NCBI GenBank assembly: GCA_017522065.1
Contig: JAFXAD010000055.1
Location: 1,072-65,071, forward strand
DNA length: 64,000 bases
Direction of reading: 5' to 3'
Source of the DNA: Bacteroidales bacterium
GTDB lineage: Bacteria; Bacteroidota; Bacteroidia; Bacteroidales; P3
Shown one piece after another: positions 62,001 through 64,000 of the stretch. The position numbers were made by a program, and so were the translations under genes. How positions within the stretch are numbered: the stretch's first letter is position 1; every line of letters starts with the position of its first letter. The notes below the pieces were generated by a model. It was not told the origin of the DNA. It saw only the letters and a list, made by a program, of their open reading frames with translations, and did not search any database.

Positions 62001-64000
62001 GTCTGGATGATGTAGTTCCACATAGTGTCGTTGTCGCAGATGGTTCCGACGCGGATGCTGTAGCTGGTTGCCGGATTGAGTCCGCTGATGGTGCACGTGG
62101 TGTCGTAAAGTGGACCGTAGGCCGTCTGGTAGGAGGTGGCGTAAGCCTGTCGGTACTGCACCACGAAGGCGTTGTCGTCACCTTCTGCCACCCATGCCAC
62201 GCTGATGCTCGTGGAGTCGGCGTCGGCCCTATAGATGAATGGCGGCAGGCATCCCGTCATGGTGCAGTTGGTGATGAAACGCACATCGGCGGCACCGTAT
62301 GCCGAATTTGTGAAATATGACGACGGCGCTGCGGGATCGACGGGGCCGAAGTTGTTCCATTGGAAGGTCTGGATGGCATCGGTGGTGTGGAATTTCCAGT
62401 TGATGGGGTTCAGATAGAAAACACCTGATTGGTTGTGGGTCGCAATGACCAGATTCTGGCTCGTGTCATATACAAACGGCGTTGCGAACGGAATGATGTG
62501 CCATCTGGCTGTCGATACGGGTACAGTGTACGACGAAGCCATCAGCGTGAGGTTGCCGAGGGGAGCATACGAGGTGGCACTAAGTGCCGCGAGGCTTGTG
62601 TTGCCCACATAGAGGTCGAAGGTTAGTGCCTGTTCCACGTCGCCACCCGTCCGGAAGGCAATGCCATAGATGGTGTCGACCTCCGGCATTTCGGCGCGTG
62701 TGTAGATGCTTTGGGTATAGGAATTGGTCATCGAGGTGCCTACCAGGTATTCTGAGCCGCTGTAGTTGTTCGTCTGATCCTCGACCGAACTGCACGACTC
62801 GGTCATGAAGTCTATCCATACAGCATTTGCGGTGTCGACGTCATCGCCAATCTGGCAGGTGTTGCGAATATAGACCCTGTAGGCGTGGCCGGGTTGCAGG
62901 CCGGTGAAGTAGGCTATGTCCGACGTTGTGTAGGTGCTTTGCAGCATCTGCGTCAGGTCTGTCATGTCGTAGAGCATAGCCTGTGCTCCTACCGAAGGAT
63001 AGCCGTAGTAGGTGTCGTAGTGCCACGTGAGTGCTGCTGCCGTGTGGCTGACATTGAAGAGTTCTACGTCCGACACTGTGGCGCACGACAGTCCTGTGGT
63101 GAAGGGCTGTACGGCCTTGTAGTCGGCGTAGACGCTGTCGCATTCGGTGCGTATCCACGCATAGTAGGTGGTGCTTTGCAGCAGGCCGTCGACGATGCAG
63201 AAGGTGTCCTGCACGGTGGTGTAGTAGGTCGAGGTCTGCGGGTTGTTGACGGTGCTGATATAGACGTCGTAGCCTGTGGCGTTGTCGCAGGCATGGTTCC
63301 ACGAAATCAGTGCAGCATTCGACCCTACTGAGTCGACGAAGGTCAGCAGCGGACGGTCACATCCGTTGTAGTGGGTGATGGATATATCGTCGACGGCGGC
63401 GTTGCCCCACATCAGGTCGTCGCCATAGAAGCGGAACGCCACATAGTATTGCTGGTCGGCGGGCAGCGAGGCGGTGTTGAACTCATACTCGTGCCAGTTG
63501 TTGTCCATCGTGTCGACATTGGCGAGGGGAATGAAAGTCGACGTGTCGTTCAGGTTGCTCATCACGCCGGCCTGCAGCCACGAATTGATGAGGCTGATGT
63601 CGCCAATGACCAGGCCGTTCTCGATGAATCCGTAGAAGTTGACGGCTATCTCGTTGCCGGGCAGCGGCACCAGCGGTGTCGTCACGATGTTGTAGCCGTG
63701 TGTGGCACCGAACAGGAGGGCTAACGAGTCGGAATAGGCCATCTCGTCATACACTTTGGGCATATCGCCAAACATCGCGACGCCGTTCCAGCAGTGGGGT
63801 ATGTAGCCCGGCTCCTCGCCGTCAAAGTTGTTGAAGTAGGGAATGGCAATCGGTTCGCAGGTGGTACGGAAACTAATGGTGGCGCCATCCGAGGTGTCGC
63901 CGGCAGCGCACAGAGCGCGGACGCTGACGTCGTGGTGGCTCGATTGTGCCAGGTTGAAGAACGTATGATAGGGCGCGGTGACCGTGATGGCTGTGCCGCC
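59066..64000 (-). CDS. very large T9SS cargo protein rich in FN3-like and cleaved-adhesin/MAM-like modules, 5'-partial (continues beyond the window)
   Basis: The reading frame stays open upstream of the listed Met (63775) to the window edge; the translation there (...VSVRALCAAGDTSDGATISFRTTCEPIAIPYFNNFDGE...) continues the same module pattern. CTD VKVYPNPATDRTSISL...KGIYFVQIGTTASSTVTKIVVR. Confidence 0.85.
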   Translation of the reverse strand, partial: GGTAITVTAPYHTFFNLAQSSHHDVSVRALCAAGDTSDGATISFRTTCEPIAIPYFNNFDGEEPGYIPHCWNGVAMFGDMPKVYDEMAYSDSLALLFGATHGYNIVTTPLVPLPGNEIAVNFYGFIENGLVIGDISLINSWLQAGVMSNLNDTSTFIPLANVDTMDNNWHEYEFNTASLPADQQYYVAFRFYGDDLMWGNAAVDDISITHYNGCDRPLLTFVDSVGSNAALISWNHACDNATGYDVYISTVNNPQTSTYYTTVQDTFCIVDGLLQSTTYYAWIRTECDSVYADYKAVQPFTTGLSCATVSDVELFNVSHTAAALTWHYDTYYGYPSVGAQAMLYDMTDLTQMLQSTYTTSDIAYFTGLQPGHAYRVYIRNTCQIGDDVDTANAVWIDFMTESCSSVEDQTNNYSGSEYLVGTSMTNSYTQSIYTRAEMPEVDTIYGIAFRTGGDVEQALTFDLYVGNTSLAALSATSYAPLGNLTLMASSYTVPVSTARWHIIPFATPFVYDTSQNLVIATHNQSGVFYLNPINWKFHTTDAIQTFQWNNFGPVDPAAPSSYFTNSAYGAADVRFITNCTMTGCLPPFIYRADADSTSISVAWVAEGDDNAFVVQYRQAYATSYQTAYGPLYDTTCTISGLNPATSYSIRVGTICDNDTMWNYIIQTTNCGPIATPYCEDFDSYAERIMPPCWTYNPERVDHIYGGISYNAQYATHSPSTRAAVLPPLADDLYTLEINFRARLGDASLGNGILIGVADNDGENISWLDTLTVPNQSMDEYRWFNYSFADYDGDGGRIALSFLAPYNTLYGVSAIIDDITVSSISSCPAVTEFAVSNISDASAVTVSWNNPAQASQFQLAWDTIGTPVQFAANTVTVADTFYTLPQLVSGAKYSFYVSAVCTDEQSTWRSIDFATGTIIMRANSDTTVTGCGLAIYDNGGPAGIYSSSSVSKLVVYPSGQGNAVTFRGGTIDLSQWSNDALYIYEGDTTGGTPLFSCTYTGGTMTIDTLIVSELGPMTFLFVTDFYDVAAGYELFTGCAPLPSCLRPRNVTVSAISANSAQVSWTGSAPYYNVFYREQGVGSWTALTASGNSITITGLTESSTYEVKVQGVCSGGDVSEMSAIVLFTTTCIPVTITPSTPIEEDFESPTAPANCFTMVYADPNPTNLMQHDQSAAWSGTRCFSFSSYHSSSNYRQTLISPAFNANDSIRLRFRYSDMMFGNETMRVGYSTSGNAPQDFVWTDTIVTAGTPWKLYENDFPPTAHYVAIDYLSVFRYNAYIDSLKISVVPTADCLTPTIVNIDEGPVSITVQLNGVSNLEVRITDGAWSDGLNGTVVGNVQEYTFDGLTPNTQYTIGFRNRCNNGLQSDWEVRNIRTATVGCPAPEGFELTDASYRSATFDWSDDGDANVWEINIFNTGFNQTYTTTEHPFTVEGLAQDISYSAKIRSVCYGAPGQWSPTVSFRTPSCDPVSNITFETARHGEYTEVTLYWEGDAESYEIEYGPEHFSAGTGTTVTGIRETEYHIDSIPSDMSYDIFIRSHCAAGVYSIWSQAIEIPAVGIETTHESPIVKVYPNPATDRTSISLSGIDGKVRLMMADINGRIVYKSTFYCEGDCTKTLDLGTISKGIYFVQIGTTASSTVTKIVVR

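Noticed and set aside
1-64000. Search for tRNA/rRNA genes, transposases, integrases, toxin-antitoxin or known defence-system genes.
   Set aside because: I recognised none by eye. All intergenic gaps over 200 nt were read on both strands, and only the elements reported above stood out. A tRNAscan, Rfam or defence-finder run would be needed to exclude small or divergent ones.

Overview
This 64-kb chromosomal segment reads as Bacteroidota, probably Bacteroidales. The evidence is Bacteroides-type TAnnTTTG promoter motifs, FeoA-FeoB and SecD-SecF fusions, a DUF1573 protein, and four proteins ending in type-A T9SS C-terminal sorting domains (CTDs). I call about 48 CDSs, one gene remnant, several intrinsic terminators and a set of promoter motifs. 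I saw no rRNA, tRNA, CRISPR array, transposase, integrase or phage genes. Housekeeping genes: ribD, a YigZ/IMPACT-like gene, a GH29 fucosidase, dtd, an SDR, a ZIP transporter plus feoAB, an aminotransferase, a four-subunit 2-oxoacid:ferredoxin oxidoreductase, a NUDIX hydrolase, a cyclophilin, pheS, folB, radC, secDF, greA and a HIT protein. About 28 percent of the window (17.9 kb) encodes T9SS cargo: 691 aa, 3153 aa, 476 aa, and more than 1640 aa running off the window end. Observations worth follow-up, most interesting first: (1) a compact operon of a SusD-less TonB-dependent barrel, a 1615-aa protein with an atypical CTD-like end, and a PorV/PorQ-family barrel; (2) a minimal activase-like radical SAM enzyme paired with a Cys-rich membrane-anchored protein whose periplasmic CarboxypepD_reg domain closely matches the N-terminal domain of that TonB-dependent barrel; (3) a 3153-aa cargo translationally coupled (ATGA overlap) to a lipoprotein that copies one of its domains; (4) a conserved non-coding element of about 140-200 bp found 3' of two T9SS cargo units; (5) a 19-nt exact repeat inside the giant CDS read in two different frames; (6) two inverted paralogous ECF sigma/anti-sigma/OMP cassettes; (7) tandem extended hairpin units; and (8) an orphan 44-aa ORF with its own promoter and terminator. 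All homology statements come from motif recognition and hand alignment, not from searches.
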